NCBI GenBank assembly: GCA_016765095.1 | Contig: JAESQQ010000050.1 | Coordinates: forward strand, 1 to 51,960 | From: Planctomycetota bacterium | GTDB taxonomy: Bacteria; Planctomycetota; J058 | Direction: 5' to 3' | DNA length: 51,960 nucleotides | Notes under the pieces: generated by a model | Databases searched by the model: none | Told to the model about the DNA's origin: nothing | The model's input: the letters and a program-made list of their open reading frames with translations, nothing else | Made by a program: the position numbers and the translations under genes | Shown: in pieces, positions 42,735-51,087 of the stretch | Layout of the letters: every line of letters begins with the position of its first letter | Position numbering within the stretch: the stretch's first letter is position 1

Positions 42735-44099
42735 GTGAGGGACGAGTCACTACGAAGGCTCAAGCGTGGGCTCGAGGCGGGCGGAGAGGTGCAGATCCTG
42801 CTAGCTCAGGTTCGATCCGGGACGCTCCAGGAGGACAACCTCCAGTTGGCTGCGTACCTCGGGCATGAACCTGCGGAGTCGGCGACCGGACTTCGTCTCG
42901 AGCGCTTCTTGAGCATCTCTGATTGGCTTTGGGGGCTATGGGACTGGGGTGGAGCGCTCCAAGGCCAGGTCTTGCGTTTGATCTTGCAAGGGCTACTTCC
43001 CCTGTGGGAAGGGGAGTCAGCGTCAGCGATACCGCGCGCCGCCTTCGAGCGAATCGAACTCGCTCTCTCGAAGGGAGTTCGGCTGGGCCAAGACCAGACC
43101 GAGAATCTCCGGCTGCAGCTCTTGGAACTTGAGGCCGAGACCACCGAATCAGGTCAGTCCGAGCTGGTGAAGGCCTTCCGGATTGCGGTGGGTGTTGTTG
43201 AAGGACGCTGGGAGTCTTCCTGGGACGAGGATTACCCGGTCTCTGTTGGAGAGTTGGCAGCGAGAGAAGCGTGTGGAACGGCGCGTTCGTCACTCAGGGT
43301 CACTCAGATAGGCGTCGACTTGCTTGGCTGGGGCTTGGAGGATCTCCGCCTAGCCATTCGGCAATCCTTGTTGAGCTCCGTACTCGACGGGGCGAGTTAC
43401 GCGAAGCCCGACGGGGTCAGCGCCAGAGCCAGGTCCCGGATCGTTACCTTCGAGCAGCGGCGGGGCGGGCGAGAGACACAGCACATCGAGGAGCGTGGCT
43501 GGGCCTACCTGCCCAATTTGCCGTTCGCGGAGGAGGTGGAGCAGTTGGGGCGCGACTCCGAAGAAGCCAGTTCGGTGTGCGCCGATTGGCGTTCTGACGA
43601 CGACGCCGTGTTCTTGCAGGTCTTTGTTCAGTTCGCCTCGTCTTCGGGTCAGCCCTCAGGGTTCACCTACGGAGTGAGGGGGGAACACCCCGAGCATCTC
43701 GAGGTCGTCGTGCGAATCGCTGCTCCCTGCGTCACCAGGGTCTGGTTCGAGGCCAGCATGCTGGCATGGGCGGCGCTGAGTCCAGTGGTGACACTCAGCA
43801 GCGCATTCAAGGAGATCGGAAGAGAACCGCTTCGGATCTACTTCGACGCAGGATCAGGCAAGCCGGCAGGTTGGCTGGGAGTGAGTGAGCCAGAACTGGT
43901 GGTCGCGATCCTCATGACCTGTCGCGTGTCGGAGTTGAGCCTCGGTAGCGAGGCTGGCTTGAGCGTCCTCGAGTGGATCGCGCACCGAGTCCGCGGAGAC
44001 GGGTTCGAGCCGCCGCGGCTCGCGGTTCACTCGCAGAGCGATACCAGCGCTGAGCAGGAGCTCCTCGTCGAGCAGATCCACCGCAGCTCAGCTTGCTAG
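42735..44099 (+). CDS. Hypothetical protein sharing the N-terminal module of the 8394-9176 protein
   Basis: 454-aa uninterrupted ORF, divergent from the kinase operon. LRRLKRGLEAG..ILLAQVRSGTLQEDNLQLAAYLGHEPAESATG aligns with LRELERRW..AAWLRERARSGDLLKSDLYFAARLGHTAATIATG. Confidence 0.65.
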   Translation: MRDESLRRLKRGLEAGGEVQILLAQVRSGTLQEDNLQLAAYLGHEPAESATGLRLERFLSISDWLWGLWDWGGALQGQVLRLILQGLLPLWEGESASAIPRAAFERIELALSKGVRLGQDQTENLRLQLLELEAETTESGQSELVKAFRIAVGVVEGRWESSWDEDYPVSVGELAAREACGTARSSLRVTQIGVDLLGWGLEDLRLAIRQSLLSSVLDGASYAKPDGVSARARSRIVTFEQRRGGRETQHIEERGWAYLPNLPFAEEVEQLGRDSEEASSVCADWRSDDDAVFLQVFVQFASSSGQPSGFTYGVRGEHPEHLEVVVRIAAPCVTRVWFEASMLAWAALSPVVTLSSAFKEIGREPLRIYFDAGSGKPAGWLGVSEPELVVAILMTCRVSELSLGSEAGLSVLEWIAHRVRGDGFEPPRLAVHSQSDTSAEQELLVEQIHRSSAC

Positions 44100-44281
44100 C
44101 GGGACCCGTCGAGAAGAAGGCCTTCCGGACGGATGCTGACTACTGACCTCGCCCCGATTCGTGGACACGCCGGTTGTGCGGCGGCGCCGCTTTGCGTCGA
44201 AATGTCCGTCTTTCCTACGTTCGATTCGAAGGGTCGTAGCGGGCTTCGGCTCGGGTCTTCCAGTGGGTGTAGACTCCTCCG

Positions 44282-45238
44282 GTGCCACCCCCCACCCTCT
44301 CCGTCGTCGTGCCCGCTTACAACGAGGCGGGCGTGATCGGCCACACCCTCAAACGCGTTCACTCCGTCTTGGAGCCGCGCGGAGACACCTGGGAGGTCGT
44401 CGTCGTTGACGACGGCTCGATAGACGCGACGGCCGCCGAGGTCGAAGCCTTCTTGGCAGACCACCCCCAAGTCCGACTTGTTCAGTTCTCTCGGAACTTC
44501 GGCCACCAGTGCGCTGTGACCGCTGGTCTTTGCGAGGCCCGAGGAAACTACGTGGCCGTGTTGGATGCAGATCTCCAAGATCCCCCTGAGCTCCTCTGCG
44601 AAATGTTGGACAAAGCTGAGGAGGGATACGACGTCGTGTATGGCGTGAGGGGGACTCGAAAGGGTGGCCTGCTCAAGCGCTTTGCCTACTGGCTCTACTA
44701 CCGCCTCTTCGAGCTCGCGAGTGAGCACCAGGTGCCTCTCGACGCGGGCGACTTTTCGCTCATGAGCCGGCGCGCGGTGAACGCGATCAACGCGCTTCCT
44801 GAGCGGAACCGCTACGTGCGGGGCCTGAGGAGCTGGGTCGGCTTCCGACAGATCGGAGTTCCCTACGAACGGCCCGATCGGGAGCACGGCCAGCCAAAAT
44901 ACGGCTGGATTCAACTCGTCAGGCTCGCCCTCTCTGGCCTCCTCTCCTTCAGTCGCGTCCCGCTCAAAGCCTCGAGTTGGCTTGGGGTCGTGACGGCTGG
45001 TTTGGGCTTCGCATGGGCGCTCAAAGTGACCTACATGAAGCTCCGCTACGGAACGTCGCCGGCGGGGTTCTCTGCGGTCATGGTCGCGGTGCTCTCTCTG
45101 GGAGGCTGCAACCTGATCGCGATCGGAGTCATGGGGCACTACCTCGGACGGGTCCTTGATCAGGTAGAGGGACGGCCTCACTACGTGATCGCTCGGAGGG
45201 TCGAGGCCGAGCCAGCAGTCTCGGAGGACTCGGAGTGA
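44282..45238 (+). CDS. Family 2 glycosyltransferase (polyprenyl-phosphate sugar synthase-like)
   Basis: LSVVVPAYNEA, VVVVDDGSIDAT, RNFGHQ, VLDADLQDPPE, plus C-terminal TM helices. Typical of DPM1/ArnC-type GT2 enzymes. Confidence 0.88.
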   Translation: MPPPTLSVVVPAYNEAGVIGHTLKRVHSVLEPRGDTWEVVVVDDGSIDATAAEVEAFLADHPQVRLVQFSRNFGHQCAVTAGLCEARGNYVAVLDADLQDPPELLCEMLDKAEEGYDVVYGVRGTRKGGLLKRFAYWLYYRLFELASEHQVPLDAGDFSLMSRRAVNAINALPERNRYVRGLRSWVGFRQIGVPYERPDREHGQPKYGWIQLVRLALSGLLSFSRVPLKASSWLGVVTAGLGFAWALKVTYMKLRYGTSPAGFSAVMVAVLSLGGCNLIAIGVMGHYLGRVLDQVEGRPHYVIARRVEAEPAVSEDSE

Positions 45239-46014
45239 TCGTCGTCACGGGAATGCACCGCTCTGGGACGTCTTTCCTCTGTCAGTTACTCGCAGCCGTC
45301 GGGGTCGAGTTCGGCGCGAGCAGGTCGTGGCTCCCAGCCGACGAGTGGAACGAGCGGGGCTACTACGAGGCTACGGACGTGCTCGATCTCAACAGCGTCC
45401 TCCTGACCGGATTTCCTCGTTCCAAAGGGAGGCTCAAGGCGGCAGCGAGCCAAGTGGCCTACCTCGCTCTTCCAGGCCCGAAGACTGCGGTTCGACGCGC
45501 TCGAAGGCGCCGATTGGAGCTCGAGCGTGTCGCCGCGGGGCATGCCGGGGAGGCCGTCAAGGATCCGCGCTTCTGCCTCACGCTCGGGTGCTGGCTTGAG
45601 GTCGCAGAGATCGAGAGCGTCGTGGTGTGCCTGCGTCATCCTCAGTCCGTGGCTCACTCCCTCTGGCGCCGGCAACGAGTTCCGCGCTGGGTAGCGCTCC
45701 GCTTTTGGAGTCACCACATGAACGCGCTCTTGAGCCAGCTCCCGCTGGACCGCAGCGTTCCGATTCGGTTCGAGCACCTCCAAGACCCCGAGCTAGCCCC
45801 CGAGCAGTTGGAGTTGCTTCGTCGCGGGCTGTCCCTGACGGCCAGTCCCGAGGACATGGTTCAGGCGCGCGCGCAGACCTTCAGCGCACGACTCGTGCAC
45901 GCAGTCGACTGGGACCCCCTGCCTGCCTACGCGGCCAAGACATGGGCGCGGCTAGAGGAGTGGGCTGAAGAGTATCGAGGACGCTGCGAGACGGACCGGC
46001 CGGCACGGGTCTGA
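45235..46014 (+). CDS. Sulfotransferase-family protein
   Basis: GTG 45235 overlaps the GT2 stop (GTGA). The N-terminal VVTGMHRSGTSF resembles the 5'-PSB loop of sulfotransferases. Confidence 0.6.
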   Translation: MIVVTGMHRSGTSFLCQLLAAVGVEFGASRSWLPADEWNERGYYEATDVLDLNSVLLTGFPRSKGRLKAAASQVAYLALPGPKTAVRRARRRRLELERVAAGHAGEAVKDPRFCLTLGCWLEVAEIESVVVCLRHPQSVAHSLWRRQRVPRWVALRFWSHHMNALLSQLPLDRSVPIRFEHLQDPELAPEQLELLRRGLSLTASPEDMVQARAQTFSARLVHAVDWDPLPAYAAKTWARLEEWAEEYRGRCETDRPARV

Positions 46015-46051
46015 CCGTCGTTGGGCTCAGCACACCGCTCGCCCTCCCGGC

Positions 46052-47980
46052 CTAACGAAAACGGCGCCACCAATTCCACCTCAGCTCGACCTCGCTCCGA
46101 TCGCCCGGATCGACTCGGATGAAGCCCGAGGGGTCGCCCGGAATCGGAACCCTTTCGATCCTGACGCCGGGCTCCAGCGCCTCCAGCCCAGGCGCGTGGT
46201 GAAAGCGGAGGACCACAGGTCCGCTCAGGTCCTTGAGTAAGAGGCGACCTGAACGCGCCTCAACCTTGCCTTGGCCCGAAGCGATCCACCCCGTGGGTCG
46301 AGCCACTCGATACAGGCGGTAGTGTCCGGCGTCGAGGACCTCCGCAAAGTAGCCGCTCGCGACGTGGTCGAGGAGGGCATGCCCGTGTTTACTCGTAGCC
46401 ACGACCCACTCGACGGCGTAGCGATCGAGGAGCCCGGGGATCTCTTCTGGCCGAACCTCCGCAAGGGGGCGGCCGAGAAAGAAGGGAGGGTGGACGCTCC
46501 AGATCGCCGCTAGATTTGGCTGTGCCGCGTCCTTGAAGGTCAGCGTTTGCCTTGACAACACTGACGGCAAGACCTGCGCCAGTTTGTCGCTTGGGATCAA
46601 CTCTGCGAGGACGCGGCCTTGGCCTGGGCGAGCCTGGAGCAACTCGATCGCACGCCAGCCGTCTGGGCCAAGGCGATTGCTCCTCAAGGGGGCGTCCACC
46701 ATGCGCTTTCCCTCGATTGCGAGCGAGACGCAGATCAAGGTCATGCCAATGATTCCGACCAAGCGTCGCGATTGCGCCGAGCGGGTCCAAGCCCAAGCTT
46801 TACGGACGCCCTCAGGGGCGACGACAAGCGCCGCGAAGATTGCCAGGACCACCAGTCGGTAGGGTTGGAGTCGGCGAAGAGCGTCGAGCGGCAAGTAGGT
46901 CAAGACGAGCGCTACGGCGATTGCGGCCAAGAGCCCGACCTCGAGGCGGCGCAGCGGAGCCGGGCGTCCGTTACGAGGGCGCGCGCCAAGACAAGCGACC
47001 ACGCCGAGGAGCCACAGACCCCAGCGGAGGCCCAGCATGCTGCCTTGGTAGCCACGTCCCGGAACGACAAGAGAGAGGAGGTCTGGGACGAGTTGATTCC
47101 GCGGGGCCAAAGCCCCGACCGGAAGTCCGGCTTGGTCGACGTGGAGCGCGAGCGGGATTAGCCACGGAGCGTTGAGCAGGAGTCCGATCCCAGCCGTCGT
47201 GGCAGCGAAGCGGAGGGAGCGGGCCAGCCCGGGTCCGCCCGCGGAGATTCGCCTCGCGGTCAGGGCCAGGAAGAGGAGCGCCACCACCGGGGGGGCGAGG
47301 ACATGTGCCCCATAGCCGAGGGCGAGCACAGTCAGCGCGGCTTGGGTTCGAGGGCGCGGGCGCTCTAGCCCTGAGGCAAAAAGTCCTGCGAAGACGACCA
47401 AGACGAGGCTGCCTAAGAGCCAAGCGTAGGTTCCTCCTCGCACCATGTGGCGCAAGAGCGGGTCGAGTTGGAGGGCCACCACGCTCAGCGCTACGACTGC
47501 GAGCCCTTGGGCAGGGCTCCCACGCGCGCGAGCCAATCCACCAAGTGCGAGGGGGATCAAGAGCGTGACCCCCAGCCCCCACAAGGCGTAAGCCCGGATC
47601 GGGCCCAGGACCGGGGTCAGGAACCTGCCGAGGCTGGCCGCGAGGGGAGAGTCGAGGTCGACGGCTCCGTGCGGATAGCCGGCGACGACTTTGGGGTCGT
47701 AGCCCCGGGTTGTGCCGATCTCCTCAACCAGTCGCGCGTCCGCGCTAAATCGAAAGCAGTGGACCGGGTGATCGAGCCAATCTCCAGGCTTGCCCTCGAC
47801 GAGCATCGGCCAGAGCAGCACCACAGCAAGGATCCCGTGGAGGAGGAACAGGAGCGCGACGCAGAGAGTTGGGAGCCGCGAGGGGGCGGCGCTGGGACTC
47901 GAGGTCGAGGGGGGGAGCATCGCGAAGATAATACTCGACTGGCCTGAGGGGTTACCGCGCCACGACGGAGCGGTGGCCAA
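46052..47980 (-). CDS. Polytopic membrane protein, possibly GT-C-type glycosyltransferase
   Basis: About 12 hydrophobic helices in the first ~400 aa, then a soluble C-terminal domain. Convergent with the GT2/sulfotransferase pair. The start may be the internal MLPPSTS. Confidence 0.6.
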   Translation of the reverse strand: MATAPSWRGNPSGQSSIIFAMLPPSTSSPSAAPSRLPTLCVALLFLLHGILAVVLLWPMLVEGKPGDWLDHPVHCFRFSADARLVEEIGTTRGYDPKVVAGYPHGAVDLDSPLAASLGRFLTPVLGPIRAYALWGLGVTLLIPLALGGLARARGSPAQGLAVVALSVVALQLDPLLRHMVRGGTYAWLLGSLVLVVFAGLFASGLERPRPRTQAALTVLALGYGAHVLAPPVVALLFLALTARRISAGGPGLARSLRFAATTAGIGLLLNAPWLIPLALHVDQAGLPVGALAPRNQLVPDLLSLVVPGRGYQGSMLGLRWGLWLLGVVACLGARPRNGRPAPLRRLEVGLLAAIAVALVLTYLPLDALRRLQPYRLVVLAIFAALVVAPEGVRKAWAWTRSAQSRRLVGIIGMTLICVSLAIEGKRMVDAPLRSNRLGPDGWRAIELLQARPGQGRVLAELIPSDKLAQVLPSVLSRQTLTFKDAAQPNLAAIWSVHPPFFLGRPLAEVRPEEIPGLLDRYAVEWVVATSKHGHALLDHVASGYFAEVLDAGHYRLYRVARPTGWIASGQGKVEARSGRLLLKDLSGPVVLRFHHAPGLEALEPGVRIERVPIPGDPSGFIRVDPGDRSEVELRWNWWRRFR

Positions 47981-48145
47981 CGGCCAACGGCCTGCTCTCG
48001 GACCGGGCGTCGGCCTGGGCCTAGCCGGGTTTGCCCCCTTGAGGGTGTCGGACTAGAGGGAGTTCACGATCATGAGCGGTCACGTGGAGCGTTGTTGCCG
48101 GCATAAGAGCTGGTCGACAGTGACCCCCGATCGTGCGCTCCCGTC

Positions 48146-50374
48146 TTGGATCCGCGCGCGGTCGAGGCCTTGGGGAGTATCGGGCCTCGAGCCGAAACCG
48201 CGGTCCCTGCACTTATCGAGGCCTATCGAAGGGGTGAAGACACTTTGGCTTTGCGCGCCTTTCAGGCGCTGGGGAAGATCGGTCAGCCCGCGGTTCCAGG
48301 GTTCGTGAAGCTCCTCCAGGACAAGGGACCAGAGGCTCGCCTAGCCGGCGTCAAAGGCCTTCGCTTGATCAAGGGACAGGCGACGGTCGCTCCCTTGCTT
48401 TCAGTCCTCGCTGACCGAGAGCTATCGGTCCGCCGAGCCGCGGCAGGGGCTCTGACCACGCTCGACGAGGCTTCCTCTCCCCTCGACCCCCGCCTGGTAG
48501 CAGCGCTCGGAGACTTGGACGCCAGGGTCCGCGCTGGTGCCGCCCTCGCGATCGGGAACCTGGTCGGCACCAAGGCAGGCCCAGCCTCCAAGTCTCTCGC
48601 GGCCATGCTGCGCGACCGCAACGACTACGTGCGCGGCTGCGCGACCTATGCCCCTGGGAACATTGGAACCGAAGCAGGCTTCGCCTCCGCGGAGATCGGC
48701 GAGCTCCTCGAGTGCGAGGACACTTTCCCGCGCGAGCGAGCGCTCGAGGCGCTGCAAGCCTTCGGCCCCAAAGCGGCCCCGGCAGTCCCAGCGTTGATCA
48801 GGGCACTCCGGCGGGAGAGGTCTCGCGCTGAGGTCGAGGACGTGCTCTGGGTCTTGAAGAGGATTGGGCCTGGAGCGGGGGAGGCCGCACCCCTTGTTTT
48901 TGAGGTCTGGGAGAAGGCACAGCGCGAGCTGAAGGGGAAGGCCCTCACCAGGCACAGCGACTTCGCATTGGGAGCGCTCGCCGGGATTGGTGCCAAGGCG
49001 GTCCCCCACCTCAGTCGGGCCTGCCGAACCTCCAACGAGGAGCTGCGCTCGAGCGCCATATATGCCCTCGGGAAGGTCGGCCTGCCCGCACTCCCCGTGT
49101 TTCGAAGCCTCCTCAAGGACGAGGACCCTCACGTTCGCCGTGAGGCCCTCAGAGTTCTCTGGACGTGTGGCCGCGTCGGCGACCTGCGATTCGCCCTGCT
49201 TCCCGATCTGCTGGAGGCACTCGACGACATCGACTCGCGCGCTCGCTTCTTTGCCTGTTGGGCGATCAGGCGACTCAGGGCTCCTGCCCTCCCGGCCCTT
49301 GTCCAGACCCTGACGACGGGCAGCCCGACCGCGTCTGCGGGGGCGGCTTCGTCGATCTCGCGCATAGCGACTGGGGTCTTGCTAACAGTCCCAAGCCTGA
49401 TTCGCGCTGCCAACCCCTCGTCGGATTGGAGACTGGCGAGCCCAGTCAGATACGCCGTCTCGGAGGCCCGCAAGGCGCCGCCTGAGGCCTGGCCTAGAGC
49501 CTGGGTCGCGGCCCTTGAGTTGGAGCTCGCCGATCGCGCTCCTCCCCGAGAGCTGTTGCCCGCCTACGAGGTCGTGGTCGGGAAGGGCTCCTTGCTTGCG
49601 GCCGACGCTTGCTGGCGACAGGTCGAGATCCTGGCGGGGGAGGCACGGGTGACTTCACTCCGAGCCGAGCTAGAGCGCCACGCGAAACTGTTCCCGAATC
49701 GGTATCGCGAGGCGCGCAAGAGCGCACTCAAGGACCCTGGCGCGTTCATACGCCAGATCCGAGGGACCTCCCCGCGCGATCCCAAGCTCGAGAAGCGACT
49801 CGCGGCGGGGAAGTTCGAAGCCGCGATCTCACTCATGGAAGGCTCTGGGACGGACTTTCTTGTCCTCGACCGCCAGAAGGGTGAGCCGCTCCAGTGGAAG
49901 CGGGTCCGAGGCGTGGTCGTGATCGCGAGCAATAGGCGCGACCTGAGTCGCCTCGAGCCCCGAGAGTGGACCCGGGCGGAGGTGCGCGAGAATCCAGATC
50001 TGGCCTGGCTCAGCCTGACGACTCTCCGTGTCGAGGTCGAAGATCCGCAGGAGAAGCACGCTCTGAGTCGCTCTCTCGAGAATTGGCTCAGCTTCGCGGT
50101 GGCCTTCACCGGCGCTGGGAAGGCACGCCGTCCGGCCCCTTTCGAATACCGATCCCAGAACGTGTCGGTCGGGACCGCGCTGGGCCTGATCCTGGGCAGT
50201 CACGGCCTGACCTGGACTCAGGGGCTAAAGGGGATCTACCTCGACATTCAGGAAGTGGCTCCCTCCAAAGTCGACCGGCAACCAGCGAAGCGCCCCAAGA
50301 AGGCTCTGGTGGACCCGTGGGTCGGACGGACGGTGCGCAGTCAAGTGCCGCAGGGGATCGTCAAGCCTCGCTAG
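48146..50374 (+). CDS. HEAT-repeat (PBS-lyase-type) protein
   Basis: Many repeats of the form D..VR..AA.ALG.IG..A..AVPALI.AL. TTG start without a clear RBS. The frame opens only at 48107, so the true start is uncertain. Confidence 0.75.
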   Translation: MDPRAVEALGSIGPRAETAVPALIEAYRRGEDTLALRAFQALGKIGQPAVPGFVKLLQDKGPEARLAGVKGLRLIKGQATVAPLLSVLADRELSVRRAAAGALTTLDEASSPLDPRLVAALGDLDARVRAGAALAIGNLVGTKAGPASKSLAAMLRDRNDYVRGCATYAPGNIGTEAGFASAEIGELLECEDTFPRERALEALQAFGPKAAPAVPALIRALRRERSRAEVEDVLWVLKRIGPGAGEAAPLVFEVWEKAQRELKGKALTRHSDFALGALAGIGAKAVPHLSRACRTSNEELRSSAIYALGKVGLPALPVFRSLLKDEDPHVRREALRVLWTCGRVGDLRFALLPDLLEALDDIDSRARFFACWAIRRLRAPALPALVQTLTTGSPTASAGAASSISRIATGVLLTVPSLIRAANPSSDWRLASPVRYAVSEARKAPPEAWPRAWVAALELELADRAPPRELLPAYEVVVGKGSLLAADACWRQVEILAGEARVTSLRAELERHAKLFPNRYREARKSALKDPGAFIRQIRGTSPRDPKLEKRLAAGKFEAAISLMEGSGTDFLVLDRQKGEPLQWKRVRGVVVIASNRRDLSRLEPREWTRAEVRENPDLAWLSLTTLRVEVEDPQEKHALSRSLENWLSFAVAFTGAGKARRPAPFEYRSQNVSVGTALGLILGSHGLTWTQGLKGIYLDIQEVAPSKVDRQPAKRPKKALVDPWVGRTVRSQVPQGIVKPR

Positions 50375-50614
50375 ACCGCACTCGTCAGCTGCCGACGCGG
50401 AATCGCTTGGCCCAAGAGTCTGGGTGAGGACAGGGCTGACAGCTCATCCTAGGCCCGTCCCCGCGGTAATGCAGTGCGGTGTCGCGGTTTGGACTCCCGC
50501 TGGACCCTGGGATCGAGCGGGGACGACGGCGTTGAACTGCCTCACATTAGAGATCCAGCGTCGACTCGAACGGACCAGGCGCGCGGTATCTTCCCCTGCA
50601 GCCGGGGGGGCACG

Positions 50615-50866
50615 ATGACCGAGGAACCTGAGGAGAACGCCTACAACCAGATCGCCGACAAAGTCGGGTTGGTCCCCAACGTGCGCGGCAAGGACAACCT
50701 GATTCAGGGTGCGGTCGTGGGCGTGTTCGTCCTCGTCGGCGCCGGAGTCGGTTTCGCCATGGGAGGAGACATGACCGGGGCCGGCCTGGGAGTCCTGGCC
50801 GGCCTCGTGTCGGGGGGCCTGATCAGCGGCTTGGTCCTGATGGTCATAGGCCTACTCCGCAAGTGA
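50615..50866 (+). CDS. Small Gly-rich membrane protein
   Basis: ATG 50615. Two Gly/Val/Leu-rich helices (GAVVGVFVLVGAGVGFAMGG, LAGLVSGGLISGLVLMVIGLL). Confidence 0.5.
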   Translation: MTEEPEENAYNQIADKVGLVPNVRGKDNLIQGAVVGVFVLVGAGVGFAMGGDMTGAGLGVLAGLVSGGLISGLVLMVIGLLRK

Positions 50867-50942
50867 GCGTGTCCCCGAGAGACGCATGAGCCTGGCTGCC
50901 GGAGGGGGTTGTTAGAACAGTGGATCGGAGCCTGCGGGTGTA

Positions 50943-50964
50943 GCAGTTCTCACGTGAGAACTGC
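50943..50964. repeat. 22-bp perfect palindrome GCAGTTCTCACGTGAGAACTGC
   Basis: Self-complementary over all 22 nt, with a CACGTG core. Located in the convergent intergenic region. Confidence 0.9.
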
Positions 50965-50991
50965 CCCAGTGAGAATCCGCGCGATCAACGT

Positions 50992-51066
50992 CCAGCATTT
51001 CTGCCGCGGCGGAATCCCAGCATTTCTGCCGCGGCAGAATCCCAGCATTTCTGCCGCGGCAGAATC
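50992..51066. repeat. 3 x 25-bp tandem repeat CCAGCATTTCTGCCGCGGC(G/A)GAATC
   Basis: Copies at 50992-51016, 51017-51041 and 51042-51066 (one G/A difference in copy 1). Each unit contains the 12-bp palindrome CTGCCGCGGCAG. The array ends 22 nt from the stop of the 51088-51960 gene. Confidence 0.95.
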
Positions 51067-51087
51067 GGGGGCTTGCGCGGAGATCGA

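Noticed and set aside
48072-48308. ATG-initiated 78-aa ORF with a GAGGGAG RBS just upstream of the HEAT-repeat gene, as a possible true start with a frameshift
   Set aside because: Its translation (MSGHVERCCRHKSWSTV...) has no HEAT-like pattern and is in a different frame. No sequence evidence joins it to the HEAT ORF, so the HEAT start is simply left uncertain.
50992-51066. Tandem 25-bp repeats (and the 8237-8340 array) as possible CRISPR arrays
   Set aside because: The units are directly adjacent or separated by a constant linker. There are no unique spacers, only three copies, and no cas genes in the window (the Cas4-like domains belong to helicase-nuclease genes).
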